From Chloroflexota bacterium (GTDB taxonomy: Bacteria; Chloroflexota; UBA4733), in contig DAIMXP010000002.1 of the NCBI GenBank assembly GCA_036734945.1, positions 70,981 to 134,980 on the forward strand: a DNA stretch of 64,000 nucleotides, written 5' to 3'. Positions 1-12,331 of the stretch are shown here, piece after piece. Numbering within the stretch: the first letter of the stretch is position 1; the number at the start of each line of letters is the position of its first letter. The notes beneath the pieces are model-generated. The model searched no databases. It was not told where the DNA came from and saw nothing but the letters and a program-made list of their open reading frames with translations. The position numbers and the translations under genes are program-made.

Positions 1-291
1 CGACAGCACATCGGCTTGCAGCGCCACGCGGTTGCGGTGCTGGCAGGTGATCTGGACCACCGCCTCGTAGCCGGCCTGTTCCAGGCTGACACCGGCGCCG
101 AGACTGGACATGCGGGCCAGGCCGCGCTGGTTGTCGGTCACATTAATTGCGTCGACGGCCTTGCCGAGGTGGCGCGCCGCACGCTCCACAAGCTCCCGGC
201 TGGCGGCCTTGGGCGGCGCGATTTCGCCGGTCACTGTGAAGACGCCGCTGCGCAGTAGTGTCTCCAGGCGACTGACGGGTTGGGAGTTCAT
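1..291 (-). CDS. methylenetetrahydrofolate reductase-like protein, N-terminal part (runs off window edge)
   Basis: Own translation of the minus strand from the ATG at 291-289 gives MNSQPVSRLETLLRSGVFTVTGEIAPPKAASRELVERAARHLGKAVDAINVTDNQRGLARMSS...ITCQHRNRVALQADVLS, a MetF/MTHFR-like pattern. The ATG overlaps the glcF stop (ATGA). It is absent from the ORF track because it is open at the window edge. Confidence 0.55.
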   Translation of the reverse strand, partial: MNSQPVSRLETLLRSGVFTVTGEIAPPKAASRELVERAARHLGKAVDAINVTDNQRGLARMSSLGAGVSLEQAGYEAVVQITCQHRNRVALQADVLS

Positions 292-1601
292 GCGTCGCCG
301 TAGGCCTCGTCCAACAGGTCCATGAGGTGCTGGATCTTCACTGGAGAGCCGCGCCGACGCAGGCCGCTCGCTACCTGCATGATGCAGCCAGGATTGGCCG
401 AGATGATAGTGTCGGCGCCGGTTTCCAGCGCGTTGGCGAGCTTGCGCTCCAACAGCCGTTGCGAAAACTCCGGGTTGGTGACGTTGTAGATGCCGGCGCT
501 GCCGCAGCAGAGACTCGACTCTTCCATCTCCACCAGGCGCAGCCCCGGTATCGCTGCCATCAGGCGGCGCGGCGCGACGGTGATGCGCTGGGCGTGCGCC
601 AGATGGCACGGCTCCTGGTAGGTCACGGTCCTGGGCAGCGGGCCGGGTGGAGTCAGGCCGATCTCGTCCAGGTACTCGCTGGCATCCTTGATGGCGCTGG
701 AAAAGCGCACCGCCCGTGCTTCCCAGGCCGGGTCGCTGTGGAACAGGTGGGGGTACTCCTTGAGCGCCGCGCCGCAGCCGGCGGAGTTAATGATGATGGC
801 GTCCAGACCTTGCCTTTCAAAGGCGGCAATGTTGCGCCGGGCGCACTCACGGCCGATATCCGGTTCCCCCGCGTGGATGGCAAGCGCGCCGCAGCAGCCT
901 TGATCGGCAACGGCGATCACCTCACAGCCATTGCGCGTGAGCACGCGGGCCGTAGCGCGGTCGGTGCCGGCGAAAGCGGTGCTCATGACGCAGCCGGTGA
1001 AGAGGCCAACACGGTGCCGTACCTGACCGTCCGACGGCAACCAGCGCTGTCCAACCGGGACGACCGCCTGCATGGGAATCTCCGGCAGCAACCCTTCCTG
1101 GTCTTCCAGATGGAGGGACTTTAGCAGGCCGGTCCGGCGAGCAATGGCGCGCAGGCCGCTTTTCTGATAGAGGGCGGTGGTCAGCGAGAAAAGACGGAAC
1201 AGCCGCATGTCACCGAAGAGGTGACGGAAGATCACGATACGGAGCAGCCGCTCCCAGAGCGGACGCGGCAGGTGGCGTTCGATCTGGGCCCGTGCTGGCT
1301 CAATGATCTGGCCGTAGGCCACGCCGGAGGGGCAGACCGCCTCGCAGGCCCGGCAGTTGAGACATTGGTACATCTGGTCGCGGAACACCGGGCTATCCAG
1401 GCTGAGGCGGCCATCGGCCACCGACCGCATGAGATGGATGCGCCCCCGTGGCGAGGACGCCTCGTTATAGGTGAGCAGGTACGTCGGACAGGTGGGCAAA
1501 CAGAAGCCGCATTGCACGCAGCGGGCGATGACTTCGTCGGGTGGTATGTCGGTTCCGCTGAACCCTTTCCGGGCAACTGGCGGTGGTGCGAGGAGAGCCA
1601 T
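288..1601 (-). CDS. glcF: glycolate oxidase iron-sulfur subunit
   Basis: 437-aa ORF with two ferredoxin-type motifs (CVQCGFCLPTCP, CLNCRACEAVCP) and Cys-rich CCG-type repeats (CCGALA, CCGSAG). Lies directly downstream of glcD/glcE-like genes. Confidence 0.85.
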   Translation of the reverse strand: MALLAPPPVARKGFSGTDIPPDEVIARCVQCGFCLPTCPTYLLTYNEASSPRGRIHLMRSVADGRLSLDSPVFRDQMYQCLNCRACEAVCPSGVAYGQIIEPARAQIERHLPRPLWERLLRIVIFRHLFGDMRLFRLFSLTTALYQKSGLRAIARRTGLLKSLHLEDQEGLLPEIPMQAVVPVGQRWLPSDGQVRHRVGLFTGCVMSTAFAGTDRATARVLTRNGCEVIAVADQGCCGALAIHAGEPDIGRECARRNIAAFERQGLDAIIINSAGCGAALKEYPHLFHSDPAWEARAVRFSSAIKDASEYLDEIGLTPPGPLPRTVTYQEPCHLAHAQRITVAPRRLMAAIPGLRLVEMEESSLCCGSAGIYNVTNPEFSQRLLERKLANALETGADTIISANPGCIMQVASGLRRRGSPVKIQHLMDLLDEAYGDA

Positions 1602-1690
1602 GCGCGAGCCACATCCTTATTCTCTGAACTGCGGTCAGAGCATACCCGTTGCGCGCTGACATATCGCTGGCGCAATTTGCGAGGCGCGGC

Positions 1691-1796
1691 TGGCGACTGA
1701 AGTCGCGCCTACACGGAGCGAAGCCCGCCTGCGCGGGCTGGGAACGAGTCCGCGCAGGCGGGCTTCGCTCGCTGTAGCCGCGACTTTAGTCGCCAG
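1691..1796. repeat. REP/MITE-like palindromic intergenic element, family 1 (copy 1 of 4)
   Basis: Terminal inverted repeats TGGCGACTGAAGTCGCGCCTAC ... GTAGCCGCGACTTTAGTCGCCAG. The same termini recur at 19811, 42528 and 62225. Confidence 0.8.
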
Positions 1797-1838
1797 GCGT
1801 GCCCTGGCAACGTGAGCCGCCGTGTGCAAATGCTCCAC

Positions 1839-3137
1839 TTACAAACGGCCCAGCAGACGGCCCGGATTCAGGGTAGACCGCGGATCGAACTGTTCCTTGA
1901 TCCGTTGCATCAGCGGAAAGCCTGCCGGCAGTGGCCCCCAGACATCCAGGTGTTGTTTGGCTTCCGTCGGCGCGGCGAGGAGCGTCACGGCGTTCCAGCG
2001 CGTCGCCAGCACGGCAAACAGGGCGGGCAAGGCGGCAGCTAGATTTTCGCTGTGCAAACGGGCGAAGAGGATGCCATTACCAGCATGGGCCGCCAGGCGC
2101 GCCTCCACCATCGACTCGCGAGCAGCGGACTGCACATGTTCGATAAGCTCCTTGAGCTGGGCCGGTGGCACGGATACCCGCAGCAGCGCTTCCCCACCCG
2201 GCGTTGTCGCTGGGGAAAGGAATTCAGCGCAGCGTTGCCACTGGGCGAGCATCGGCGGTCCGTCGGACCAGTCCGCCGCCAGGCCGGCTGCTGCACAGAG
2301 CGCTTCCACGTCGCGGCGTTTGCGCGCCAGACCTTGCTCGGAGCCGGTCAGTCGTACCGCCAGCCGCCAGCCGGCATCGCTGGGATCGGGCGTACCCGGC
2401 CCGAACAGTTCGATGCTGTCCAGTGCCAGTTGGGAACCAGCCAGCGTGGCAGCCAGGTCTAGCAGCGCCGCGCTATCGCCGCTGATGATGGCTGTGCTGT
2501 CTAGGGCCGGCTGCGTGAGGACCTTGAAGTTCAGACGCAGCAGCAGGCCGAGCGTGCCGAGGGCGCCAAGGTGAAGTTTCATCATGTCGTAGCCGGAGAC
2601 GTTCTTGACCACCATCCCGCCAGCCTTGCTGATGGTTCCGTCGGGCGCAGCGACCGTCAGGCCGATCAGCAGGTCGCGGTAACTGCCCATGCCGAAACGG
2701 CGCGGTCCGGCCAGGTTGGTAGCGATAGCGCCGCCGATCGTCGACCGCTGCGGTGCGGCCACATCGAAAGGCAGCAACTGGCGATGCGCCGCCAGCGCCG
2801 AATGCAAGGTGGCCAGCGTCACGCCGGCCTGCACGGAGATCGTCAGGTCGGCCGGCTCGTAATTGACGATCTGGTCCAGGCGTTCCAGGCTGAGTACAAC
2901 ATCAAGCCGGGCAGGTGGGTTGCCGACCGCTTGCAGTGTGCCGCCACCCCATGGTGCGACAGCCAGGCCCTGGGAATTGCAGGCAGCGAGGGCTGCTGCC
3001 GCTGCCTGTTCCGATTCCGGCAGGAGTACCAGCGCCGGGGTCATTCCCTGCACGGCGTAGGATGCGCAGGCGGCTCCCTGCAACGTCGGACAGCCAAAAG
3101 ACACGCCGGCGGATGTGGCTGCCACCTCAGCAAGCAT
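1839..3137 (-). CDS. glcE: glycolate oxidase FAD-binding subunit
   Basis: ORF 1839..3191 with an FAD-binding PCMH-like N-terminus (LLPESEQAAAAALAACNSQGLAVAPWGGGT). I chose the internal start MLAEVAA at 3137, which overlaps the glcD stop by 11 nt. Confidence 0.8.
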   Translation of the reverse strand: MLAEVAATSAGVSFGCPTLQGAACASYAVQGMTPALVLLPESEQAAAAALAACNSQGLAVAPWGGGTLQAVGNPPARLDVVLSLERLDQIVNYEPADLTISVQAGVTLATLHSALAAHRQLLPFDVAAPQRSTIGGAIATNLAGPRRFGMGSYRDLLIGLTVAAPDGTISKAGGMVVKNVSGYDMMKLHLGALGTLGLLLRLNFKVLTQPALDSTAIISGDSAALLDLAATLAGSQLALDSIELFGPGTPDPSDAGWRLAVRLTGSEQGLARKRRDVEALCAAAGLAADWSDGPPMLAQWQRCAEFLSPATTPGGEALLRVSVPPAQLKELIEHVQSAARESMVEARLAAHAGNGILFARLHSENLAAALPALFAVLATRWNAVTLLAAPTEAKQHLDVWGPLPAGFPLMQRIKEQFDPRSTLNPGRLLGRL

Positions 3138-4575
3138 AGATGCCCTCTTTGGCCAGCCGCGCGGCGACGCGTTGGTCGCGCACCTCGCCACAGCCGCGCA
3201 CCGGCGGGAATATCTTGTCGGGATTGAACAGGTCCCGCGGGTTGAAGCATTGCTTCAGGCGGGCCATTGCCGCCAGGTCCTCGGTGCTGAACAGGTAGCT
3301 GATGTGGTCGCGCTTCTCCAGGCCGATGCCGTGCTCCCCAGACACCACGCCGCCCTGATCGACACAGTGGCGCAGGATTTCCATGCCGCCGCGCAGGGTG
3401 CGCTCGATGCTGGAGGCGTCGCGGCGGTCGAAGAGGATGTTCGGGTGCAAGTTGCCGTCGCCGGCGTGGAAGACGTTGGCGATGGGCAGGGCGATGTCGC
3501 GGGCCACCTCTTCCACAAAGCGCAGCGTCTCCGGTAGCTTCGTGCGCGGCACCACGCCGTCCTGAATGTAATAGTTGGGCGCCAGGCGCCCCAGCGCTCC
3601 CAGCGCCCCCTTGCGACCTGCCCACAGTGCCGACCGCTCCGCGGCCGAGCTGGCGCTGCGTACCTCCCGCGCACCGTGCTGGCGGCAGATGGTCTGGATG
3701 CGCTGGTCCAGTTCCGCGACCGACTCCCGCAGGCCGTCCAATTCCACCAGCAGCACTGCCCCGGCATCGGGCGGGTACCCGGCGTGATAAGCGGCTTCCA
3801 CAGCGCGGCAGCAGAGGCCGTCCATCATTTCCAGCGCCGCCGGCACGATACCGGCGCCGATGATCGCCGAGACGGTGCTGGATGCTTCTTCGATAGAGCC
3901 GTAGATGGCCAGCAGGACGCGAATATCCTCCGGCTGCCGCGTCAACTTGACGGTGACCTGGGTGGCGATGCCGAAGGTGCCCTCGGAGCCGACGACTGCG
4001 CCGGTCAGGTCAAGTCCCTGCTGGTCGCCGCCCGGACCGGCCGTGTGGATGACCTCGCCGGTCGGCAGCACCAGTTCCAGGTCGAGGATGTGGTTGGTGG
4101 TGGCGCCATAAGAGAGGCAGTGCGGTCCGCCGGAGTTCTCGGCCACGTTGCCGCCGATGGTGCAGACCTTCTGGCTGGACGGATCAGGGGCATAGAAATA
4201 GCCGGCGTGCTCGATATGGTGCGTCAGTTCATAGTTTACGACACCCGGCTGCACGATGGCCCGCCGGTTGGCGTAGTCGACGGAGAGGATACGGTTCATG
4301 CGCGTCGTCGTCATGACGATACCGCCGCAGGCGGCCACCGCGCCGCCGGACAGACCGGTGCCTGCGCCACGCGGCACCACAGGCAACCCGGCCCGATTGG
4401 CCAGTTGCACAACTGCTACGACCTGAGCAGTGGTCTCCGGGAACACCACGACAGTCGGCAGGTGCGTATCGAGCGAGCCATCGTATTCGTACACGAGCAA
4501 CTCGTCGGCGCGCGAGACCACGCCGTTCTTGCCGACGATGCCCTCCAACGCCGCCACCAGATCTGTGTGGTTCAT
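3127..4575 (-). CDS. glcD: glycolate oxidase subunit GlcD (FAD-linked oxidase)
   Basis: 482-aa ORF. Has an FAD-binding type 4 pattern (VVPRGAGTGLSGGAV, GGIVMTTTRMNRIL) and an FAD-oxidase C-terminal domain (GEHGIGLEK). Confidence 0.9.
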   Translation of the reverse strand: MNHTDLVAALEGIVGKNGVVSRADELLVYEYDGSLDTHLPTVVVFPETTAQVVAVVQLANRAGLPVVPRGAGTGLSGGAVAACGGIVMTTTRMNRILSVDYANRRAIVQPGVVNYELTHHIEHAGYFYAPDPSSQKVCTIGGNVAENSGGPHCLSYGATTNHILDLELVLPTGEVIHTAGPGGDQQGLDLTGAVVGSEGTFGIATQVTVKLTRQPEDIRVLLAIYGSIEEASSTVSAIIGAGIVPAALEMMDGLCCRAVEAAYHAGYPPDAGAVLLVELDGLRESVAELDQRIQTICRQHGAREVRSASSAAERSALWAGRKGALGALGRLAPNYYIQDGVVPRTKLPETLRFVEEVARDIALPIANVFHAGDGNLHPNILFDRRDASSIERTLRGGMEILRHCVDQGGVVSGEHGIGLEKRDHISYLFSTEDLAAMARLKQCFNPRDLFNPDKIFPPVRGCGEVRDQRVAARLAKEGIYAC

Positions 4576-4661
4576 AGTCCCCTTCGACTGTTGCCGCAGC
4601 AGTGTTCATTGTAGTGCATGGGAGCGGCGGGGCGGCAACGGCCGAGGCGTACTTCCTCTGC

Positions 4662-5990
4662 CTACGGCAACGCCCCCTTCATTGCCTGCCAGAACGTGCT
4701 CGCGTACAGTGCGTAGCCGGCGTCGTTCGGGTGGAAGCCGTCGCTGGTGATCAGGTTGGGGTTGGTCGGTAGCACCTGCTCCGAAGGCGTGTAGAGATCC
4801 ACGAGCAGCGCACCGTGCAAGCGCGCCTGGATGGCGATGACGACGTTGTAGGCGAGCACGAGGTCGTGCGCCGCCGTGCGCAAGAACGGCGGCACGGCGG
4901 GGGCCAGCGAGAAATCGGGCATGTTGGCGAGGGCGATGACGCGCGGGTTGCTGGCCTGAACCGTGGTCAGGAGGCGATCGAGGTCGGCGTTGAACTGGTT
5001 TGGCGGCACCAGATTGATGATGTCGTTCGGTCCGACGGTGATGGTGACGAGTGTGGGGTGCAATGCCGCCAGGCGCACCGCTTCCTGATCGGCCACCGTG
5101 GCCGTGGTTGCGCCGACGATGCCGAGATCAGCCGTTTGCACGTTGCCGTAGCGCGTGGCGAGTTGTGTCGCCAGGCGGTCGACGTAGCCATTGGCGGGCG
5201 ATGACGCGCCATAGCCGGCGGCGTCGCTGGCTCCCAGGGCCACGTAGGTGAAACTGGCGCTCGCTGCGGCTGGTGCGGCGGTGGGAGCCAGGGCCGAAGG
5301 TGCAAGCAGTCCGCTGGCTTTGAGGATGTCACCGGCGTTGGCAACGGTCACGGTTCCGGCGGCAGCCCAGGGCTCCTCTTGCTGCCACAATTGCAGCACG
5401 CCGCGTTGGCAGCGCACCACCAGCGCCGGCCCCTCCTCGGTCACCGGCGACACGGGCAGGCCGAAACGTCCCAGCGGGTCGGCTGCCGCGAAATAGGCGG
5501 CGCGCAGCGCCGGGCTGGCATCGAGGTACGCCTGGCGCCGAGCTACGACTGCCGACCAGTTGAGGCCAGTGTCAGCGTCTGTTGCCGACGGTGGCGGCGT
5601 CAACCAGGCTGCCTGCAACCATGCGTCTTTGCCGGCGTCGTGCAGCACGTCCAGCGCGTTGAGGTAGGCAACCGACGTGTCGTTCCATTGCAATACCGTC
5701 TTCTGGAACACCTGCTCGGTGAAGCCGCCATCGCTATAGCGTTGGCTGGCGGGATAGCCCAGTGCCTCGACGCCGCCGGCCTGTAGAAAGGCCGTCCAAA
5801 AGGGGATGCCGCCCTCGTTGGTGACGGCGTAGCCACTGCCGCCGGCGCCGCCCTGCCCGTTGGCCTGACTGTAGAAGTGGCCGTCGCTGATGGCGTAGTC
5901 GGCGGCAGCGGCAGCCTGCGCCGGCGCCGGACCGACGAAGGCCAGGAGCAGGAGCAAGGAAGCGAGGCATGCACGAAAGCGTCGCGGCAA
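4662..5990 (-). CDS. secreted SGNH/GDSL-type hydrolase with N-terminal domain of unknown function
   Basis: C-terminal half has SGNH blocks (YVALGASDAAGYG ... ITVGPND ... DGFHPNDAGY). I chose the TTG start at 5990, preceded by AGGAGGAGGAG, giving the signal peptide (M)PRRFRACLASLLLLLAFVGPAPAQA. The ORF-track start at 6206 looks too long. Confidence 0.7.
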   Translation of the reverse strand: MPRRFRACLASLLLLLAFVGPAPAQAAAAADYAISDGHFYSQANGQGGAGGSGYAVTNEGGIPFWTAFLQAGGVEALGYPASQRYSDGGFTEQVFQKTVLQWNDTSVAYLNALDVLHDAGKDAWLQAAWLTPPPSATDADTGLNWSAVVARRQAYLDASPALRAAYFAAADPLGRFGLPVSPVTEEGPALVVRCQRGVLQLWQQEEPWAAAGTVTVANAGDILKASGLLAPSALAPTAAPAAASASFTYVALGASDAAGYGASSPANGYVDRLATQLATRYGNVQTADLGIVGATTATVADQEAVRLAALHPTLVTITVGPNDIINLVPPNQFNADLDRLLTTVQASNPRVIALANMPDFSLAPAVPPFLRTAAHDLVLAYNVVIAIQARLHGALLVDLYTPSEQVLPTNPNLITSDGFHPNDAGYALYASTFWQAMKGALP

Positions 5991-6152
5991 GAACTCCTCC
6001 TCCTGGCATCGCCTCGTGACACGTCTAACGTCGATATAATACGCGCTCCTTATACTGCTGGTGACGAATTCGTCGGCGCGCCGTGTCTTCCACGGTGAAC
6101 ACCTGTTTCCATCCCGCCGGCCCACGCGATCCCATTCGAAGGAGACGATCAA

Positions 6153-8759
<2,607 letters not shown>

Positions 8760-8777
8760 GACTACCGACCGAGCGTT

Positions 8778-8874
8778 GTAGGGGCAGGCCCCCGTGCCTG
8801 CCCTGTTCGCCTTCGGATGTCCCTACCACCCGAGCCAGGGCAGGCACAAGCACCCAGAGGGTACCCGCCCCTAC
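8778..8874. repeat. palindromic intergenic element, family 2 (copy 1 of 2)
   Basis: GTAGGGGCAGGCCCCCGTGCCTGCCC ... GGGCAGGCACAAGCACCC...CCCGCCCCTAC. Related copy at 59612..59705. Confidence 0.75.
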
Positions 8875-9048
8875 GGGAAAATGCGGTGTGGCAACGGCGC
8901 AAAACGCTACGTTGGCCTCCTTTTACCGCCTGCTCCTTGGCCAATTCGGCGCTAGATGCTACGCTCCTGGTATTGTCGTAGTGCTGCGCGTCGCTGTGTG
9001 CTACCGTCGGAGTGACGGTAGCGATTGTGGCGTGAACACGGAGGAGAC

Positions 9049-11250
9049 ATGGAGCGTTGGCCCTTCCTGTTGCGGGAAGGTCGTCGGACCGCAGCATTGC
9101 TGGTCTGCACGTTGTTGCTCAGCAGTTGTGCCTCGCGGAGTGCGCCGGCGGCGAGCTCCGGTGGCGGCGGCCAGGTGCCCCCGCCGGCTACCCAGCCCAC
9201 CTTCACCGTCACCCGGGGCACCATTACCGACATCATCCAGTCGTCGGGCCGGGTGGTCGCCGCCCAACAGCAGGTGCTGTATTTCCGGCAATCTGGCCAC
9301 CTGAACACGATCTCGGTGCATTTGAACGACAAGGTGAAGGCCGGTCAGGTGCTTGCCACGCTCGATACGAGCGGGCTGCAAACGCAGATTCAACAGGCAC
9401 AGGCAGCCGTGGACGCGGCCAACCTGACGCTAGAGAAAGACAAGGAACTCCAGGTGACCCAGGCGACCAGCGGGACCCAGGCGACCAGCGGGACCACGGG
9501 TGGCACGGTGGTCACGCCGCAGGACGTGGCGTCGGCGGACGCGGCCGTCAAGAGTGCGCAGGCGGCGTATGATGGAGCGCAGGCCAATCTGGCGGCTGTG
9601 CAAACGCCAAATGCGCAGGCCGTCGAGCAAGCGCAAGCTGCCGTTGTGCAGGCGCAGTCAGCTGTGGGTAAGGCACAGCTTCGCTTGCAAGCGCTCACGG
9701 CCGGCCCTAGCGCTACTGATCTGCAGCAGGCGCAGGCGGGGGTGCGCAGCGCTCAGGCCAAGGTAGACGCTGCCCAGCAGCAATTGAAGGTAGTGCAGGC
9801 CGGGCCGACGGCCGTCCAACTGGCCAAGGCGCGCGCCACACTGGAGCAGGCTCAGGCTCAGTTCCAGTCGGCGCTCGCTGCCTATGACGCCTTCCAGAAC
9901 GGACCGACCGATGCGCAACGACAGCAAGCGACGCTGGCCGTAACGCAGGCCAAAAACGCCCTGTTCGCGGCCCAGACGAAGCGAGACAGCGTGTGCAATA
10001 ACGCCGCCAACAAGACCGCGAGCCAGGCCTCCTGCGATGCGGCGAACTCGACAGTGAATACCGCCCAATCCAACCTTGACGCGGCGCAGAGCGCCCTTGG
10101 CCAACTCAGCGACGTGTTACCGACCGATCGTCTCGCCGCTGAAGCCGCCTACAGAAAAGCAGAGGACACCTTCACTGCCGCTCAGCAAACCTATCAGGAG
10201 ATGCTGCAGGGGGCGTTGCCCGCGTCGTCCGGCAGTGGCGCGAGTTCGAGCGGCCACATCAGCCATGCGACGCAGGTAGCGCAGGCGCAAGCTACCGTCC
10301 AGCAAGCACAAGCGTCGGTTATCGCCGCCCAGGCAGCGGTTACCGCCTTGACGCCAACAGCCAACCAGGTTGCCCAGGGTCGCCAGGCAGTGGTTAGTGT
10401 GCAGGCTGGCCTGCAAAGTGCGCAGGCGCAACTCAACAGCCTGCTTAGCCCTCCGGCGACGCTCGTCAGGCAGGCCCAGGACCAGGTGACCCAGGCGGCG
10501 AATGCCATAACAGGCGCACAAGCGCGGGCCCAAAAGTTGCGGGACCTGGTTGGTTCGGCGGATACCGGCGCTCTGAGTCTCGCCATTGACCAGAATGCTG
10601 TCCAGCAGGCGCAACTTGGAGTGGAAGCCTTGCAAGACCAGCTCTCCCAGATGCAGATCGTGGCGCCGTTCGACGGCGCGGTGATCGGCTCCTCCGGCCA
10701 GGCTGGGGCCCAGGTCGGCGCGTATACGCCAGTGCTCACCATCGCCAATCCGCAAACCCTCAAGGTTGCTGTGGACCTCTCGCCAGACCAGATGTCCCGC
10801 GTGGCGATTGGGCAAAAGGTGAATCTCACGTTGCGAGAGTTCCCTGGCCAAAATATCAGCGGTGACGTGACCGGCTTGCCGAGCGCGGTCCTGGCGGCCA
10901 GCAATCAAAACCCGAATAGCCCCGGCGCGGCAGCGGCGGCCGGCGCCGGGGCTGCATCATCGGCGGCGGCGGTTGATCCTGCGGCGGTGATCATCACGCC
11001 GAAGTGGCCGGCCAGCGGCGCCAACATCGGCTCCGTCGCCAAGCTCAGCATCAGTGCGGAGACTCGGAGCGATGTCCTGCTGGTGCCGACGCAAGCGATC
11101 AATAAGTCTAACAACCGCATCTTCGTCCTGGTGGATCAGAACGGCCATGAGGTGCCGGTGAATGTCCAGATCGGTATCCAGAATACTGATCTGACCGAGG
11201 TGCAATCAGGGTTGCAGGCCGGGCAGAAGGTCTTCCAGCGCGCCGGCTGA
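9049..11250 (+). CDS. HlyD/efflux-adaptor family lipoprotein with very long Ala/Gln-rich coiled coil
   Basis: ATG at 9049 follows GGAGGAG. Lipobox LLLSSC, biotinyl-lipoyl-like hairpin (VKAGQVLATLD ... IVAPFDGAVI) and about 400 aa of AQ-rich heptad-like sequence. No ABC or RND partner is adjacent. Confidence 0.75.
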   Translation: MERWPFLLREGRRTAALLVCTLLLSSCASRSAPAASSGGGGQVPPPATQPTFTVTRGTITDIIQSSGRVVAAQQQVLYFRQSGHLNTISVHLNDKVKAGQVLATLDTSGLQTQIQQAQAAVDAANLTLEKDKELQVTQATSGTQATSGTTGGTVVTPQDVASADAAVKSAQAAYDGAQANLAAVQTPNAQAVEQAQAAVVQAQSAVGKAQLRLQALTAGPSATDLQQAQAGVRSAQAKVDAAQQQLKVVQAGPTAVQLAKARATLEQAQAQFQSALAAYDAFQNGPTDAQRQQATLAVTQAKNALFAAQTKRDSVCNNAANKTASQASCDAANSTVNTAQSNLDAAQSALGQLSDVLPTDRLAAEAAYRKAEDTFTAAQQTYQEMLQGALPASSGSGASSSGHISHATQVAQAQATVQQAQASVIAAQAAVTALTPTANQVAQGRQAVVSVQAGLQSAQAQLNSLLSPPATLVRQAQDQVTQAANAITGAQARAQKLRDLVGSADTGALSLAIDQNAVQQAQLGVEALQDQLSQMQIVAPFDGAVIGSSGQAGAQVGAYTPVLTIANPQTLKVAVDLSPDQMSRVAIGQKVNLTLREFPGQNISGDVTGLPSAVLAASNQNPNSPGAAAAAGAGAASSAAAVDPAAVIITPKWPASGANIGSVAKLSISAETRSDVLLVPTQAINKSNNRIFVLVDQNGHEVPVNVQIGIQNTDLTEVQSGLQAGQKVFQRAG

Positions 11251-11340
11251 CGCGGCAGCGTCCTTTCATTTCGCCCATGCGTCTGTATGCCGTAGAGTAT
11301 TGAGTGTTGCGCGTCGAAAGCCGGTCGAGGAGGGCTGTAC

Positions 11341-11835
11341 ATGAAGGCACAAGCGATCAAGGATATGCCGGTAGTCAGCATGGACGAGGGTACAAAAATC
11401 GGCAATGTGCAGGAGTTGTTGTTTGATACCGGCAAACTGCGCCTTGCCGCCCTGCGCCTGACGGCCGCCGGCGGCAAATCGCTTTTACCATTTGAGGCAG
11501 TGCGGAGTTTCGGCAACGACGTCATCACCGTGGAGAATGTGTCCGTCACCCAGGGTACCGAAGGGAACGCCACCGCCGATACGTTCCGTAGTTTGAGCGA
11601 CCTGGTTGGCTTGCGTGTTATCAACGGCGAGGGGACCTGGCTCGGTGACGTGCGCGACATTGAGCTCGCTGTCAAGGACGGGGCGATCGAATTGATTACT
11701 GTGCGCAAGGGCGGCATGCTCGGGCTTGGTGGGACGACCACCAACGTTGCGTCTGCAACCATACGTGGCATTGGCCCAAAGGTGATAACCGTGGACCTGC
11801 CGCCGGAGGCTTCCGGTACTCCGGCCGGGACATAG
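11341..11835 (+). CDS. PRC-barrel domain protein
   Basis: Two PRC-barrel-like repeats (IKDMPVVSMDEGTKIGNVQELLFD; LVGLRVINGEGTWLGDVRDIEL). Confidence 0.65.
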   Translation: MKAQAIKDMPVVSMDEGTKIGNVQELLFDTGKLRLAALRLTAAGGKSLLPFEAVRSFGNDVITVENVSVTQGTEGNATADTFRSLSDLVGLRVINGEGTWLGDVRDIELAVKDGAIELITVRKGGMLGLGGTTTNVASATIRGIGPKVITVDLPPEASGTPAGT

Positions 11836-11976
11836 CGTGCGCGAGATCCATCGTTCTGGAGGCGCTATTCCGGATCTGCCCTGGCATGGATATTGCGTCC
11901 CGGCAGGACGGAACACCTGAGAGCCGGTCGGCAGCCGGCGCCTTGCCGTGAAGAAACCTTAAGGAGTTGGAAGCGC

Positions 11977-12309
11977 ATGGGCGAGTTGTTTGAGGCATTA
12001 TTGGGCGGGGCCGGCTGGGGCGTTGGCCTCGGCGTGGTATTGGGAGCGGCGTCAATTGCCGGGAAGGGCTTGCGACCGCTGGCCAAAGAGGCAGTCAAGC
12101 TTGGCATGACCGCCGGCTCACGAGTCCAGGAGTGGACCGCCGAGATGCGTGAGCAAGTCGATGATATAGTGGCGGAGGCACGGGCCGAACAAGACGGTGT
12201 GGTCGCCGCGGACGCGTCGTCAGCGCCATCGAGCGAGACACTGGAAGCTCCGGCGGGGGAGCCGGCGGTCACGACGGTGTCAAAACGTCGCCGGGCAGAA
12301 ATTAACTGA
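11977..12309 (+). CDS. small Gly-rich/helical hypothetical protein (DUF5132-like)
   Basis: ATG at 11977 follows AAGGAG. Sequence MGELFEALLGGAGWGVGLGVVLGAASIAGKGLRPLAKEAVKLG... The family call is from memory only. Confidence 0.45.
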   Translation: MGELFEALLGGAGWGVGLGVVLGAASIAGKGLRPLAKEAVKLGMTAGSRVQEWTAEMREQVDDIVAEARAEQDGVVAADASSAPSSETLEAPAGEPAVTTVSKRRRAEIN

Positions 12310-12331
12310 GTGGTGGCCGCCTGCGGCCACC

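Noticed and set aside
9457-9492. Perfect 18-bp tandem duplication (ACCCAGGCGACCAGCGGG x2) inside the HlyD-type gene
   Set aside because: It is an in-frame duplication encoding QATSGT twice within a low-complexity coiled-coil region. It is trivial slippage and not a separate feature.
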